A DNA stretch of 64,000 nucleotides from a virus. Shown here piece by piece: positions 37,546 through 46,461 of this stretch. Each line of letters begins with the position of its first letter. Within the stretch, counting starts at the first letter, position 1. Location of the stretch: IMG/VR virus record IMGVR_UViG_3300046660_000385, positions 53,859 through 117,858 of that record. One strand, 5' to 3'. Below the pieces are notes generated by a model. The model ran no database searches. It had not been told where the DNA came from and was given only the letters and a program-made list of their open reading frames with translations. Position numbers and translations under genes: made by a program.

Positions 37546-37776
37546 TTACGGGGTCAGCGTGGCCGGGGCGTTCTCGGCCAGGTCGCGGTAGATGCCGTCG
37601 TCGTCCATCAGCAGCGGGATCGAGTTAATCATCAGGCCGCCACTGGGCGTGCGCAGGGCGCCGTCAAAGTACAGCATCAGGCTGCGGCTGTTGCCGGACG
37701 CCAGGGCGATGAGCGCTTCCTTCTCCTGGCCGTGATAGGAGAGGGTGACGGGCTGGCCGGTGGTGTAGGTCGTCAT
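37546..37776 (-). CDS. hypothetical protein (76 aa)
   Basis: ATG 37776 overlapping upstream TGA; MTTYTTGQPVTL... Confidence 0.65.
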   Translation of the reverse strand: MTTYTTGQPVTLSYHGQEKEALIALASGNSRSLMLYFDGALRTPSGGLMINSIPLLMDDDGIYRDLAENAPATLTP

Positions 37777-38096
37777 GGCATCACGTATTCGCGGCCGTCC
37801 GGGTCGCGGCGCCGGCCGCTGTCCGGGTGCCTGTGCCAAGCCGACGGCTCCGTGCCGTCCTCGCCGCTCCAGGCATCGAGCGCGGCCTTCGCCTTCTCGT
37901 AGCTGCCGTAGCACCAGCGGTCGTTGCGCCCGTAGCCCCACGGCGTCAGGTCGGCAAGGATCGCCCAGGTGTACATGAATTTCTGGATGCCGCAGATGCG
38001 GCCGTGCTTGACGGTGATGTCGAGCAGGTACGGGTCCCAGTTGGCGCGCACGGCGGCCAGCTCCTGGGCAAGGAGGTCGGGAGAGTCGAGGTTCAT
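37773..38096 (-). CDS. hypothetical protein (107 aa)
   Basis: Protein-like composition (DRWCY, WHRHP); TATAAT lies 8 nt upstream of ATG. Confidence 0.7.
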   Translation of the reverse strand: MNLDSPDLLAQELAAVRANWDPYLLDITVKHGRICGIQKFMYTWAILADLTPWGYGRNDRWCYGSYEKAKAALDAWSGEDGTEPSAWHRHPDSGRRRDPDGREYVMP

Positions 38097-38165
38097 GGGC
38101 GCGGATTATACGGGCATTTTACGGATCGCCCGAATTGTGCTGCAAACAGGTGCCTCACATCTTGG

Positions 38166-38528
38166 TTAGTTGCAAATTGGGGTTTCCGGCACGCGCCAGA
38201 CCGGCACGCGGGCGCGCTCGGCCTTCGCCACCATGTCGGCCGTCCCGGTTCCGCCCTTGAACGCGACCACCGCCTCGGGTTTGAACTCGGCCAGCATCTG
38301 GCTGTTGCGGATGCCGCCGGCGGCGTTGCCGTAGCGGTCCCAGTCGGCCTCGCACGTTTCATGTGGAACCCGGCGCAGCTTGGCCCAGTCGCGGGCCAGG
38401 CGGTCGGCGCCGCGCGCGCCGCCCTCGATCAGCAAGCTGATGCCGTGCTTGGCGTGCACCGCGTCGAGCGCGGAGTAGACCCGCGCGCGGTTGGCGTACT
38501 TGCGCCCGCCGGTGACGAGAACGCGCAC
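38166..38528 (-). CDS. DUF2493 / YspA-like SLOG family protein
   Basis: RVLVTGGR.Y, IEGGARGAD, AG.IRN.QML, AF.GG.GTADMV. Confidence 0.85.
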   Translation of the reverse strand: MRVLVTGGRKYANRARVYSALDAVHAKHGISLLIEGGARGADRLARDWAKLRRVPHETCEADWDRYGNAAGGIRNSQMLAEFKPEAVVAFKGGTGTADMVAKAERARVPVWRVPETPICN

Positions 38529-39079
38529 TACTTCTTGTTCCAGGCGCTCTCGTCCAGTGGCTTCTCGGGCGCGAACCAGCCGGCAAAGCGCCCGCCGAAG
38601 TTTATGTGGGTGAGGTCGTCGACGACCGGCTCGGACAGCGTGACGGCGCGGCCCTTGCGGTGGATCTCGGACCTGGCCAGCCAGCCGCTGCCGTCGCGGC
38701 ACTCGACGTTCACCATCAGGCCCTCGACCCGCTCGGGCATGCGCGAGATTGCGCCGTACTTGTCCATCAGCGCGATCTTGCGCTCGGTCGACATCGACTC
38801 GGGCAGGGTCCACATTTCATGGATGTGCACCACCGTGTGGGCGTTGTTCATCTGGACCAGCTCGCGCACGCTGAACGCGAGGGCGTTCTTCTCGCGCTCG
38901 TTGGCGACATTGGCGTCGACCACCAGGGTCTCGTCGCCATAGATCAGGACGGCGGCGTCGGACTCGCCGACCTCCACGATCTGGCTGCGCGCGCCCTTGA
39001 GGGCCTGCTTGATGTGGCCCTGGATCGCCGGCGGCAGGTCGGCCAGCGTCAGGTGCTCGACTTTTTCTTTGTCCGTCAT
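38528..39079 (-). CDS. hypothetical protein (183 aa)
   Basis: SD AAGGAGG; GC3-rich codons. Confidence 0.75.
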   Translation of the reverse strand: MTDKEKVEHLTLADLPPAIQGHIKQALKGARSQIVEVGESDAAVLIYGDETLVVDANVANEREKNALAFSVRELVQMNNAHTVVHIHEMWTLPESMSTERKIALMDKYGAISRMPERVEGLMVNVECRDGSGWLARSEIHRKGRAVTLSEPVVDDLTHINFGGRFAGWFAPEKPLDESAWNKK

Positions 39080-39113
39080 GGTTCGCCTCCTTTAGATTGG
39101 CACAAATGGATTT

Positions 39114-39142
39114 AACATAATGCTAATTATGCGCGCGGGCAA
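39114..39142 (-). promoter_or_regulatory. sigma70-like promoter
   Basis: TTGCCC-17 bp-TATGTT on minus strand in an AT-rich gap. Confidence 0.5.
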
Positions 39143-39145
39143 CGG

Positions 39146-39418
39146 TTATGGATTGGCGGCAGGTTTCTGCCGGTCCAGCAGCCGCATCAGTTTCAGGTCC
39201 TCGGCCAGCATCTTGCGCAGCACCTTGGCCGCGCCTTTACTCATCAGCTTGATCTGTGCCTTGATCGACTCCACCGCACCTGGCCGGCGCAACAACGCCA
39301 CGCGCGCATGGCGCACCCGGGTCATCGTGGCCAGCAGTTCCAGCTCGGCGTCGGACGGCGGCGTCCAGGCCGCCAGCGGGCGCGCCACCAGGGCGCGCTT
39401 CTTGTCTCGCATATTCAT
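39146..39418 (-). CDS. basic hypothetical protein (90 aa)
   Basis: SD GAGG, ATGA overlap. Confidence 0.6.
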   Translation of the reverse strand: MNMRDKKRALVARPLAAWTPPSDAELELLATMTRVRHARVALLRRPGAVESIKAQIKLMSKGAAKVLRKMLAEDLKLMRLLDRQKPAANP

Positions 39419-39780
39419 GTGTCGTTCCTCAGATAGGTCTTGCACGAACCGCAGTAGCGGTTCCTGATGTCCTCGCGCGAGTGGCTGGTCAGCCCGCAGC
39501 GGCAGCAGTAAATGCCGCCGTCGGTCAGCAGGTACTCCTGGCGCGGCTTGACCTCGGGCGTGAGGCCCAGCTGCTGGCGCCACGCGAGGCAGGCCCGCGG
39601 CGTGCCCATCACCATGTTGCACTTCAAATGCTGGGCCAGCACGCTGTCGACGATCCAGGCATCGCCGTCGCGGTGGTTCTCGTTCCATTCGCGCGTCAGC
39701 GCGACCAGGTCGGTGACGGGAATCCAGCCCTCGATCACGACACAGTCGTTCTCGCGCCGCACCCTGTAGCCGTCGCTCAC
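39415..39780 (-). CDS. hypothetical protein with C-terminal zinc ribbon
   Basis: GTGA overlap; CCRCG...RYCGSCK. Confidence 0.65.
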   Translation of the reverse strand: MSDGYRVRRENDCVVIEGWIPVTDLVALTREWNENHRDGDAWIVDSVLAQHLKCNMVMGTPRACLAWRQQLGLTPEVKPRQEYLLTDGGIYCCRCGLTSHSREDIRNRYCGSCKTYLRNDT

Positions 39781-39995
39781 GACGCGCGGCCTTTCAGGTC
39801 GCGGCGGATCTCGGCCGCCATCGTCTCGAGCATGCCCGGCAGCGTGAACAGCACCTCGGGCGGGGCCTGCACGGAAAAGCCGTGGCCCTTGTTGCCGCTC
39901 AGGACAATCACGACGGCGCCGAGCGCTTCGGCTTTCGCGCGCACCTCCGTGCACAGGTCGTCGTACTTGCCGGGGTTCTTTTCGGTATGGATCAT
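39777..39995 (-). CDS. hypothetical protein (72 aa)
   Basis: ATGA overlap; PGKYDDLCT...GFSVQ. Confidence 0.65.
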   Translation of the reverse strand: MIHTEKNPGKYDDLCTEVRAKAEALGAVVIVLSGNKGHGFSVQAPPEVLFTLPGMLETMAAEIRRDLKGRAS

Positions 39996-40618
39996 TTTGT
40001 CTTGTCCGGTTTCGGTGGGAAAAATTCGCGGATGTCGGCGTACTTCATTTCCAGCGGGCCGCCCCACGCCATCGAGATCGCCCAGTCGAATTCGCGGGTG
40101 TCGATCATCGGCAGGCGGATCTTCTGGCCGGGCACGATCTCGCACAGCGTGTTATCGACGTCGACCACGACGTGGATGCGGCAGGCCAGCGGGCGCTGGG
40201 CGTAGATCGAGCAGGCGCCGTTGACGAGGAAGCGGCACGCGACCCCGTCGTACCTGGCGCGGATCTTGTCGACGTACTGCAGGTCGACGTTGAACGCCTT
40301 GGGCGTGACCATCTTCGCCCCGGTGGCGGCGGCAATCGCCTTCGCTTCGTCCAGGTGGATCATGGTCGCCATGTGACAGCAGTGGCTACAGCCTTTGCGG
40401 CACGGCACCAGGCCTTTCGCGGCCTCGCCGAACTTGTCGGCCGCTTTCTGCAGCAGGATCACTTTCGCCTTGGGGCTTTTCGCCGCCCTGGCCTGGTTGG
40501 CCAGCGCGTTCATGCTGGCCAGGTCGAGGCGCCGGTTGATCTCCTGCGTCACCCGGACCGCGTGTTCATGCCGCGCCGGATCGTTCTCGGCGGCGCGGAT
40601 TTTCTCAAGGTCTGCCAT
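39992..40618 (-). CDS. YkgJ-family (CxxCxxCC) Fe-S/Zn cluster protein
   Basis: CRKGCSHCC, CRFL...CSIYAQRPLACR. Confidence 0.85.
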   Translation of the reverse strand: MADLEKIRAAENDPARHEHAVRVTQEINRRLDLASMNALANQARAAKSPKAKVILLQKAADKFGEAAKGLVPCRKGCSHCCHMATMIHLDEAKAIAAATGAKMVTPKAFNVDLQYVDKIRARYDGVACRFLVNGACSIYAQRPLACRIHVVVDVDNTLCEIVPGQKIRLPMIDTREFDWAISMAWGGPLEMKYADIREFFPPKPDKTK

Positions 40619-40638
40619 AGTGGATCTGCTCCCATTGG

Positions 40639-40872
40639 TCAGGCATGACTGCCTCCAATGGTCGATTGTAGGATGGCGAAATAGCGCAGGCCGCGCGGCA
40701 GGAACTCGACGGCCCAGTTGCCGAAGTCGTCGGCCTCCTGAAAGCTGTTGAAGCAGGTGGCCAGGCGCACGTTGCGGACGATCGTAAAGCGTACCTGGTC
40801 CTCAGGTGACGACTGCTCGTCGTCCAGCTGCACGAAGCCGTTGCACAGCGCGACAAAGTACGGCGCGCTCAT
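40639..40872 (-). CDS. hypothetical protein (77 aa)
   Basis: ATGA overlap; MSAPYFVALCNG... Confidence 0.6.
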   Translation of the reverse strand: MSAPYFVALCNGFVQLDDEQSSPEDQVRFTIVRNVRLATCFNSFQEADDFGNWAVEFLPRGLRYFAILQSTIGGSHA

Positions 40873-41246
40873 GCGTTGGCCCTTGCGCGCCGGACCATGA
40901 ACCGCCCTTCGCGGGCGTTGCGGCTGGTCGAGGAGAGGCTGGCTTTGCGCAGCAGCTGGTCGACGTGGTACACGGCCCTCCTGTGGCCGCGTTCGGCCTC
41001 CTCGATGGTGCAGTAGCGCTCCATGTATTCGCGCGGGCGGTGCCGCTCGAAGATCATGGTCTCGAACAGCACCGGCGGCCCGCCGGTGAAGCTGTGGTCC
41101 AGCCCGAGGAACACGGTCGAGACGACGGCGCGGCCGACCACGGTGCGCGCGATCTGGTTGCTGGTCGTGCCCCAGGCGATCGCCCACTCCTGCAGGTCGG
41201 CGCAGGCAACCACCTGGCGGTCCTTGGTCAGAATGTAGTGCATCAT
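40869..41246 (-). CDS. conserved phage hypothetical protein
   Basis: VSTVFLGLDH...PPVLFETMIF...RY.T.EEA..GH motif familiar from phage early regions. Confidence 0.7.
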   Translation of the reverse strand: MMHYILTKDRQVVACADLQEWAIAWGTTSNQIARTVVGRAVVSTVFLGLDHSFTGGPPVLFETMIFERHRPREYMERYCTIEEAERGHRRAVYHVDQLLRKASLSSTSRNAREGRFMVRRARANA

Positions 41247-43507
41247 GCCACCTGCCCCAGCTGGATACCCTGCGAGGCCAGCCACATGCTGATGATGCGC
41301 TTGAGTTCGCTCATGGCGCCGTTGCACGCCACGTAGCGGTCGCCGACCAGCTTCTTGATCTTGCCGGTCGTGGTGTGATTCACGAAGCGTTCCATGCCGA
41401 TCATCCTGTCGACGTTGACGAAGCGCTCCAGCGACCCCTTCTCGTCGCAGTGCGCGAGCCGGATCTCGACCATCGGGAAGGTGCGTTCCAGCTCGTCCTT
41501 GTACTGCTTCTCGCGGTTGACCAGGATGCCCACCACCAGGCGCCGGGTTTTCTCGACGCGCGGCTTTTCGTCACCGTAGTTCTTCGGCGGCGCGCTGGCC
41601 GCCACCAGGTGCGGCGCCGCGAAGCCCGGTGCTGCGGCCACGTTCACGACCGGCGCCGGCAGCTTCGCCACTGCCTGCTCGACCATCGTCTGGATCATCG
41701 GGCCGAGGTGCTTGGCGACCTCCGCGCCCAGCAGGGCCATCAGCGGGGCAAAAGCGGCCTCGTACGGGTTCACGGCGGGCACCGATGCCGGAATGGCGGC
41801 AACGGGGGCGACCGGCGGCGCGGTCTCCACCACCGCGGCGGGCGCGGGCGCGGCGGCCGGCACCAGGACGCACGCCGGCGGCTTGCCTTCGAGAACCGCG
41901 TGCAGGTCGGCAAAGGCGCGTTCGAGCGGCGCGCGCAGGGTCGAGAACGACACCACTTTCAGGTGCCGGCGCTGGCGTTCCAGCGGCAGCACGCGTTGCT
42001 GCGCGAAAGCGACGTCGTCGGTGTCCAGCCCGATCAGGCTCTGGCCGTAGGGGTAGTTATGGGCCGGGAACAGCTTGTGCAGCTCCTCGGCGATCAGGAG
42101 CCACTCCTGGCGGGTCCATTCGATCTTGACGAACAGCTTGTCGGCCTTCTCGTTCGACGGCGCCGGGGCCGGGGTCGGCTCGGCCGCTGCTGCAGGTAGG
42201 GGTTCGGGCTGCGCACTGCCCGCGGCCTGCTTGACGCGCGCCACGGCCGGTTCCAGGTGTTTCAGGGTGGCGGCCACCGAGAAGAAGCGGCGCGGGCGCT
42301 CCATGCGCTGGGCCGTGTCGTTGAGCATGCTCAGCGTCAGGTCGCGGAAGCGTGCCTCGACCTGCGGATACTTCGCGTACAGCAGGCGGATCAGCGTGTC
42401 CCACTCCGCGGCCGACCAGAACACGCGCGGGCCGGACCGGAAGTCCTGCACCGGGTCCGGCGCGGGCGCCGGGGCCGGCTCCACGGCTGGCGGGGCCACG
42501 GCAGCGACGGGGGCCTGGGTTGCTTCCTCATGCTGTTTGAACTGCTCGGCGGTCCAGATCGGTTTGCCGGCCAGCGCGTCGCGCAGGCGGTTGCCGAACG
42601 AGCGGATATGGGCCTGGTTGGCCATGCGGCGCTGGCGTTCCGGCGGCAGTGCCTTGCGGATCGCAATGTTCAGGTCGGTGATGTTCAGGCCCGGCAGGAA
42701 GCCGTCCTCGAGCGCGCGCGGCCAGGTGCTGCGCAGTTCGGCGGCGATCGCCTTGTATTCGTCGGCGGTCCAGTAGATCTGGGGCCGCACGGGCGCAGGG
42801 AGGACCGGCGGCGGGGCGTCAGGCAGCTTCTCCGGGGCCGCTGCAGTCTCGGGTGTCTCGGCCAGCTGCGCGGCCTGTGGCGGCTCCTCGGGGGTTGCCT
42901 GCGGGGCGACGGCGGCATCGGTGTCGGCCGTCTCGTCCGGGGTGTCGCCCTGTTCGGGCCGGCCAAAGTAGAACGGGTCGCGGCTTTCTCGTGCCTGCTT
43001 GTAGACCTGGGCCAGCCGGTCGGTGGCGTCGGCCAGGCGCTTGAACTTGCGCTGCCGGCCCTGCTCCATCGCCGAGGCGGCCAGATTGAGTTGATGCAGC
43101 GTGACTTTCGAGAGGTCCGGGGCGTTCACCAGGTCCAGCTCCGGGCACATCGTGTGCAGGGCCAGCGCACAGAACCGCCAGTCATCCTGTCCCCACCGCA
43201 CGCGGGCAGTGCCTGCTCCTTCCTCGCCCTGCCCCTGCGCTGTCTGCTCCGTGCTCTGCGCAGGGACCGCCACCCTGTCGAACGCTTTCACCAGGTCGCG
43301 CTTGATCCGGCTGAGCTTCGGACGCACGCCGTGCCGTTCTGGCGGCAGACAGGCCTGGAGAACTGGCGTGAACTCGACGTCGGACAGGTTGATGTCGTAC
43401 GGTTGCTTGACAGAGGCGAAGCCGCGCTCCGGGTAACGCTCCATGAGATTCCACGCGAGGCAGTCCAGCTCAGTGTCAGTCCAGTTCTTTTTGGTCATGG
43501 GAAGCAT
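41243..43507 (-). CDS. 754-aa protein with five W-x3-E/D helical repeats and a C-terminal alpha/beta domain
   Basis: KNWTDTEL, VRWGQDDW, IYWTADEY, VFWSAAEW, IEWTRQEW units separated by Pro/Ala linkers. Confidence 0.75.
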   Translation of the reverse strand: MLPMTKKNWTDTELDCLAWNLMERYPERGFASVKQPYDINLSDVEFTPVLQACLPPERHGVRPKLSRIKRDLVKAFDRVAVPAQSTEQTAQGQGEEGAGTARVRWGQDDWRFCALALHTMCPELDLVNAPDLSKVTLHQLNLAASAMEQGRQRKFKRLADATDRLAQVYKQARESRDPFYFGRPEQGDTPDETADTDAAVAPQATPEEPPQAAQLAETPETAAAPEKLPDAPPPVLPAPVRPQIYWTADEYKAIAAELRSTWPRALEDGFLPGLNITDLNIAIRKALPPERQRRMANQAHIRSFGNRLRDALAGKPIWTAEQFKQHEEATQAPVAAVAPPAVEPAPAPAPDPVQDFRSGPRVFWSAAEWDTLIRLLYAKYPQVEARFRDLTLSMLNDTAQRMERPRRFFSVAATLKHLEPAVARVKQAAGSAQPEPLPAAAAEPTPAPAPSNEKADKLFVKIEWTRQEWLLIAEELHKLFPAHNYPYGQSLIGLDTDDVAFAQQRVLPLERQRRHLKVVSFSTLRAPLERAFADLHAVLEGKPPACVLVPAAAPAPAAVVETAPPVAPVAAIPASVPAVNPYEAAFAPLMALLGAEVAKHLGPMIQTMVEQAVAKLPAPVVNVAAAPGFAAPHLVAASAPPKNYGDEKPRVEKTRRLVVGILVNREKQYKDELERTFPMVEIRLAHCDEKGSLERFVNVDRMIGMERFVNHTTTGKIKKLVGDRYVACNGAMSELKRIISMWLASQGIQLGQVA

Positions 43508-43749
43508 GGTTATTTACTGTTTGGAATTCCACTGTAGCGAAAAGTGTCCTGGATTCCAACGCATTTGTTCTTTTTTTTTAAGTCGACCTATAAACCCGGT
43601 GTTGCAGATTGTAAACATCATTCACTGCACGCTCGGGGTTGATTTTGTTTTTCAAATCAAAAATTTAGCGACGGAAACGATTTTGAACAGCTGTTACATT
43701 TCGTGAGTTTTTGTAGGTTCGTTCCTACAAGGTCGTGAGACTTCCACGA

Positions 43750-44087
43750 AGGTGTGTCGTTTGCCTAAAGTTTCAGTTAACGATTCCTTAAAGGCGACTT
43801 TAATGAATCTTGCATACTGTGCATGCTTGAGAGCACCATTTGTGGATAACTACCCCCTTGGGTTTATAAGAAGGTTCAAAAGAAGGTTTATGGGGGTGTG
43901 GATAAGTCGCGTAAACTGTTGATATGTAGCAGCTTATCAACATGGCCCGGTGGGTCGTTTACCGTAAACGGTGTGTCGTTTACCCAAAACGGTGTGTCGT
44001 TTGCGCTGCCCGGTGTGTCGTTTACCCTTGAGGACCCTGCTCCGGTGTGTCGTTTACCCTGCCCGGTGGGTCGTTTACTGTGGATAA
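43750..44087. other. oriV: iteron-type plasmid replication origin
   Basis: Iterons, TGTGGATAA DnaA boxes at 43841, 43897 and 44079, IHF consensus 43912-43924, GGTT 12-mers 43861-43896; abuts rep gene. Confidence 0.85.
43948..44078 (+). repeat. six iterons CGGTG(T/G)GTCGTTT(A/G)C
   Basis: Starts 43948, 43969, 43990, 44011, 44043, 44064 (spacing 21,21,21,32,21); near-identical isolated copy at 43750. Confidence 0.92.
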
Positions 44088-44096
44088 ACTGACTGC

Positions 44097-45128
44097 TCAC
44101 GCCGCTTTTCCCTCGGCCGGCGCGTCGTTCCGGTCGCCGTTGCCGTCCCATTTCGCGCGCTCGACGTGCACCAGTTCGCCGTCCTTGCCCTGGCTGAACC
44201 AGAACCGCACCAGCACCTTGTGCTCGACCAGCTCCTGCAGGCGCTGCTTGACGATGCGTTTCTGCTCCTTGGGCGAGCAGGTCAGCTGCAGCAGCTTGGC
44301 CAGTGTGGCCACGTAGACGTCGTTCGGGTTCTTGTGGCTGCCGTAGTAGGCCTGCAGGATGCCGGCCCCGGTCGACATCTCGCTTTGCGCGCTCTCCGAC
44401 ACCAGCGTCAGCCACTCCTTGGCGAACAGCAGGATCATGTTCGGGTCCATCGGGATCTCCCACTCGAGGTCGCCCTGCGGGACGTCGTCGACCGGGGTCT
44501 TGCCGCCGGTGAAGCGCACGCCGCTGTCGACCATGCGCAGCTGCATGCCCGAGACGTCGGTGGCGGCCAGGTCCTGCTCCTCGATCGCGCGGATCTCGTC
44601 GTACATGGCGGCCAGCATTTCGACCGAGCCGACGGCGGCGCGCGCCTTTTCGTAGGCGCGCATCTTGGTCAGGCGGCGCGAGTAGATCATCAGCGACACG
44701 CCCGACAGCCGCAGGATCGAGTTGTAGATCTCGGTGTAGTAGACCTGGCGGGTCTGCCATTTGTTGAGCTTGCAGATGGTCGAGCTTTTCACCCGCACCA
44801 CCAGGCCGCCCAGCTTGTGCTCGCGCGCCAGGTGCGCCAGCGTGAGAAACACCTTCCAGTCCTGGCCGCGGATCTCCTCGCCGGTCATGGTGACGGCCGC
44901 GTCGTCGCCGCCGAGCGTGAACAGCCGCTCGTTGTGGTAGTAGCGGCGCGGGGCGCCGCCCGTCTTGGTCGAGATCAGGGCGCAGCGGGTCAGCTCGTTG
45001 GCGATCGCGCGCACCTCGTCGTGCCAGTACGGCAGCTGGACGGGCGCGAACTTCCGCAGTTCGGCCTCCATCGTCCTGGCCTTGGTCAGCTGGTCGCGCG
45101 CGCGATCCTGCGGGGTGGAATCGGTCAT
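44097..45128 (-). CDS. trfA: TrfA-family plasmid replication initiator
   Basis: VQLPYW....RAIANELTRCALI and TGEEIRGQDWKVFL.L.HLAR match the TrfA family pattern; adjacent iterons. Confidence 0.75.
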   Translation of the reverse strand: MTDSTPQDRARDQLTKARTMEAELRKFAPVQLPYWHDEVRAIANELTRCALISTKTGGAPRRYYHNERLFTLGGDDAAVTMTGEEIRGQDWKVFLTLAHLAREHKLGGLVVRVKSSTICKLNKWQTRQVYYTEIYNSILRLSGVSLMIYSRRLTKMRAYEKARAAVGSVEMLAAMYDEIRAIEEQDLAATDVSGMQLRMVDSGVRFTGGKTPVDDVPQGDLEWEIPMDPNMILLFAKEWLTLVSESAQSEMSTGAGILQAYYGSHKNPNDVYVATLAKLLQLTCSPKEQKRIVKQRLQELVEHKVLVRFWFSQGKDGELVHVERAKWDGNGDRNDAPAEGKAA

Positions 45129-45182
45129 GGTCCGTCCTGTTGTTGGATCGTGAGCCGGGCCTGGACGTGGCCCGGCGATGGC

Positions 45183-45659
45183 TTAGCTTGTCTGGCGCGG
45201 ATCTGGCCACGCGGCGGCCGGCTGCGGCATGCTGCCCGAGACCATGTTGGCCACGGCCTGGCTGGCCTCCTGCGCCGGCGACACCGGGCCAGGGTCGCGC
45301 TCGACCACCAGCACCGGCTTCTCGATCAGGAAGTCCTCCATCGGCTGGCCGATCAGCCAGTTCGGCACCCGGCCGCTGCCGGTCCAGGTGGCGCCGCTGA
45401 CGGGGTCGCGGTACTTCGGCGCGCCCTTGACCGAGCGGTCGCGCCGCTTCTCGGGCTTGCGCTCGCGCTTGGGCGGCGCCGGCGGCGCCGTATAGCCGAG
45501 TTCTTCGGCGGTCAGGTCGTAGGCCGAGATCAGCGCCTTGATGTCGCCGATCGCGGCGTTGCGGCCCTCCATCATCAGCAGGGTCGCCTTCTCCTGCAGC
45601 GCCTTGATCTGCGCCTGCAGCTCTTGATAGGCCTGGAAATTCCGGTGCAGGTCGCTCAT
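45183..45659 (-). CDS. hns: H-NS family protein (paralog 1)
   Basis: N-terminal coiled coil, PKYRDPVSGATWTGSGRVPNWL...FLI. Confidence 0.85.
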   Translation of the reverse strand: MSDLHRNFQAYQELQAQIKALQEKATLLMMEGRNAAIGDIKALISAYDLTAEELGYTAPPAPPKRERKPEKRRDRSVKGAPKYRDPVSGATWTGSGRVPNWLIGQPMEDFLIEKPVLVVERDPGPVSPAQEASQAVANMVSGSMPQPAAAWPDPRQTS

Positions 45660-46015
45660 GCCCTACCCTCGATCAGGAACTGTTCCCGATTCTTGCCCTT
45701 GATCCAGCCGGGCACGGTGCCCAGGCCGCTCCAGGTCTTGCCCGAGGCCGGATCGAGGTAGCGCGGCGTCGACGGCTTGCGGTTGTTTGGCCCGCGCGGG
45801 CAGAACAGCGCCCCTTCCACCAGTTCCTCTGGGGTCAGGCCGACGTTGCGGGCGATCTGCAGGATCTTCGCGCGCGCCTCGGTAACGACTTCGATGCGGC
45901 GCTTGCTGATGTGCTCGGCCAGCAGTTGTTGCAGGGATTCCAGGTAGGGCAGTTCCAGCTTGTCGATCAGCTGGAGGACATCGGCCAGTGCGGCCGCGTG
46001 GGGGGTGCGGGTCAT
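45656..46015 (-). CDS. hns: H-NS family protein (paralog 2)
   Basis: PRYLDPASGKTWSGLGTVPGWI...FLI. Confidence 0.8.
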   Translation of the reverse strand: MTRTPHAAALADVLQLIDKLELPYLESLQQLLAEHISKRRIEVVTEARAKILQIARNVGLTPEELVEGALFCPRGPNNRKPSTPRYLDPASGKTWSGLGTVPGWIKGKNREQFLIEGRA

Positions 46016-46284
46016 GTTTTCGTAGGTCGTTGGTTGGTGAAAGTGGTGGGCACGGTGCCCAGGTGGAAATACAGGGCCGCCGCCATCGCGGCCTGGCGGC
46101 GCGTCAGGCCGGGCGGGTCCTCTTCGTCCCCGCCGAAGCAGAAGCAGCGCTGTTTCTGGTGGCCGACCGAGCCGACGGCGGCGCGCAGGCCGCACTCGTA
46201 ATGGGTCGGCTGGGCGTAGTTCGGGGCGCGCCGGTCGTCGCCCATGACGGGTTCGTCGCACCAGACGCAGGTCGGGGCGGTCAT
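46012..46284 (-). CDS. Cys/His-rich hypothetical protein
   Basis: CVWC...HYEC...CFC; ATGA overlaps. Confidence 0.6.
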   Translation of the reverse strand: MTAPTCVWCDEPVMGDDRRAPNYAQPTHYECGLRAAVGSVGHQKQRCFCFGGDEEDPPGLTRRQAAMAAALYFHLGTVPTTFTNQRPTKT

Positions 46285-46460
46285 GGACAGGACGGCCCCG
46301 GCGTTGCCGGGCGCGGGTTCTTCTCGCGCCAGGCAGCGCCTGAGTAAAAGGCGTTCATCACATCGGACTTGATGCACTCGCGGTCGTCGTCGTCATAGGC
46401 GCTCGCGCAGGCCTCGGCGGCGTCGATCAGGGCGTTGGTGTCGTCGTCGGTGTCGTTCAT
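46281..46460 (-). CDS. small acidic protein (59 aa)
   Basis: SD AAGGAG; MNDTDDDTNALIDAAEACASAYDDDDREC...; below ORF-track cutoff. Confidence 0.6.
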   Translation of the reverse strand: MNDTDDDTNALIDAAEACASAYDDDDRECIKSDVMNAFYSGAAWREKNPRPATPGPSCP

Positions 46461-46461
46461 G

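Noticed and set aside
43948-44078. Repeat array as a CRISPR, or as repeat-containing ORFs 43898..44092 and 43888..45210
   Set aside because: Spacers are only 6-17 bp, there are no cas genes, and phasing plus the adjacent rep gene indicate iterons; the GVSF/NDTP peptide repeats are just translated iterons
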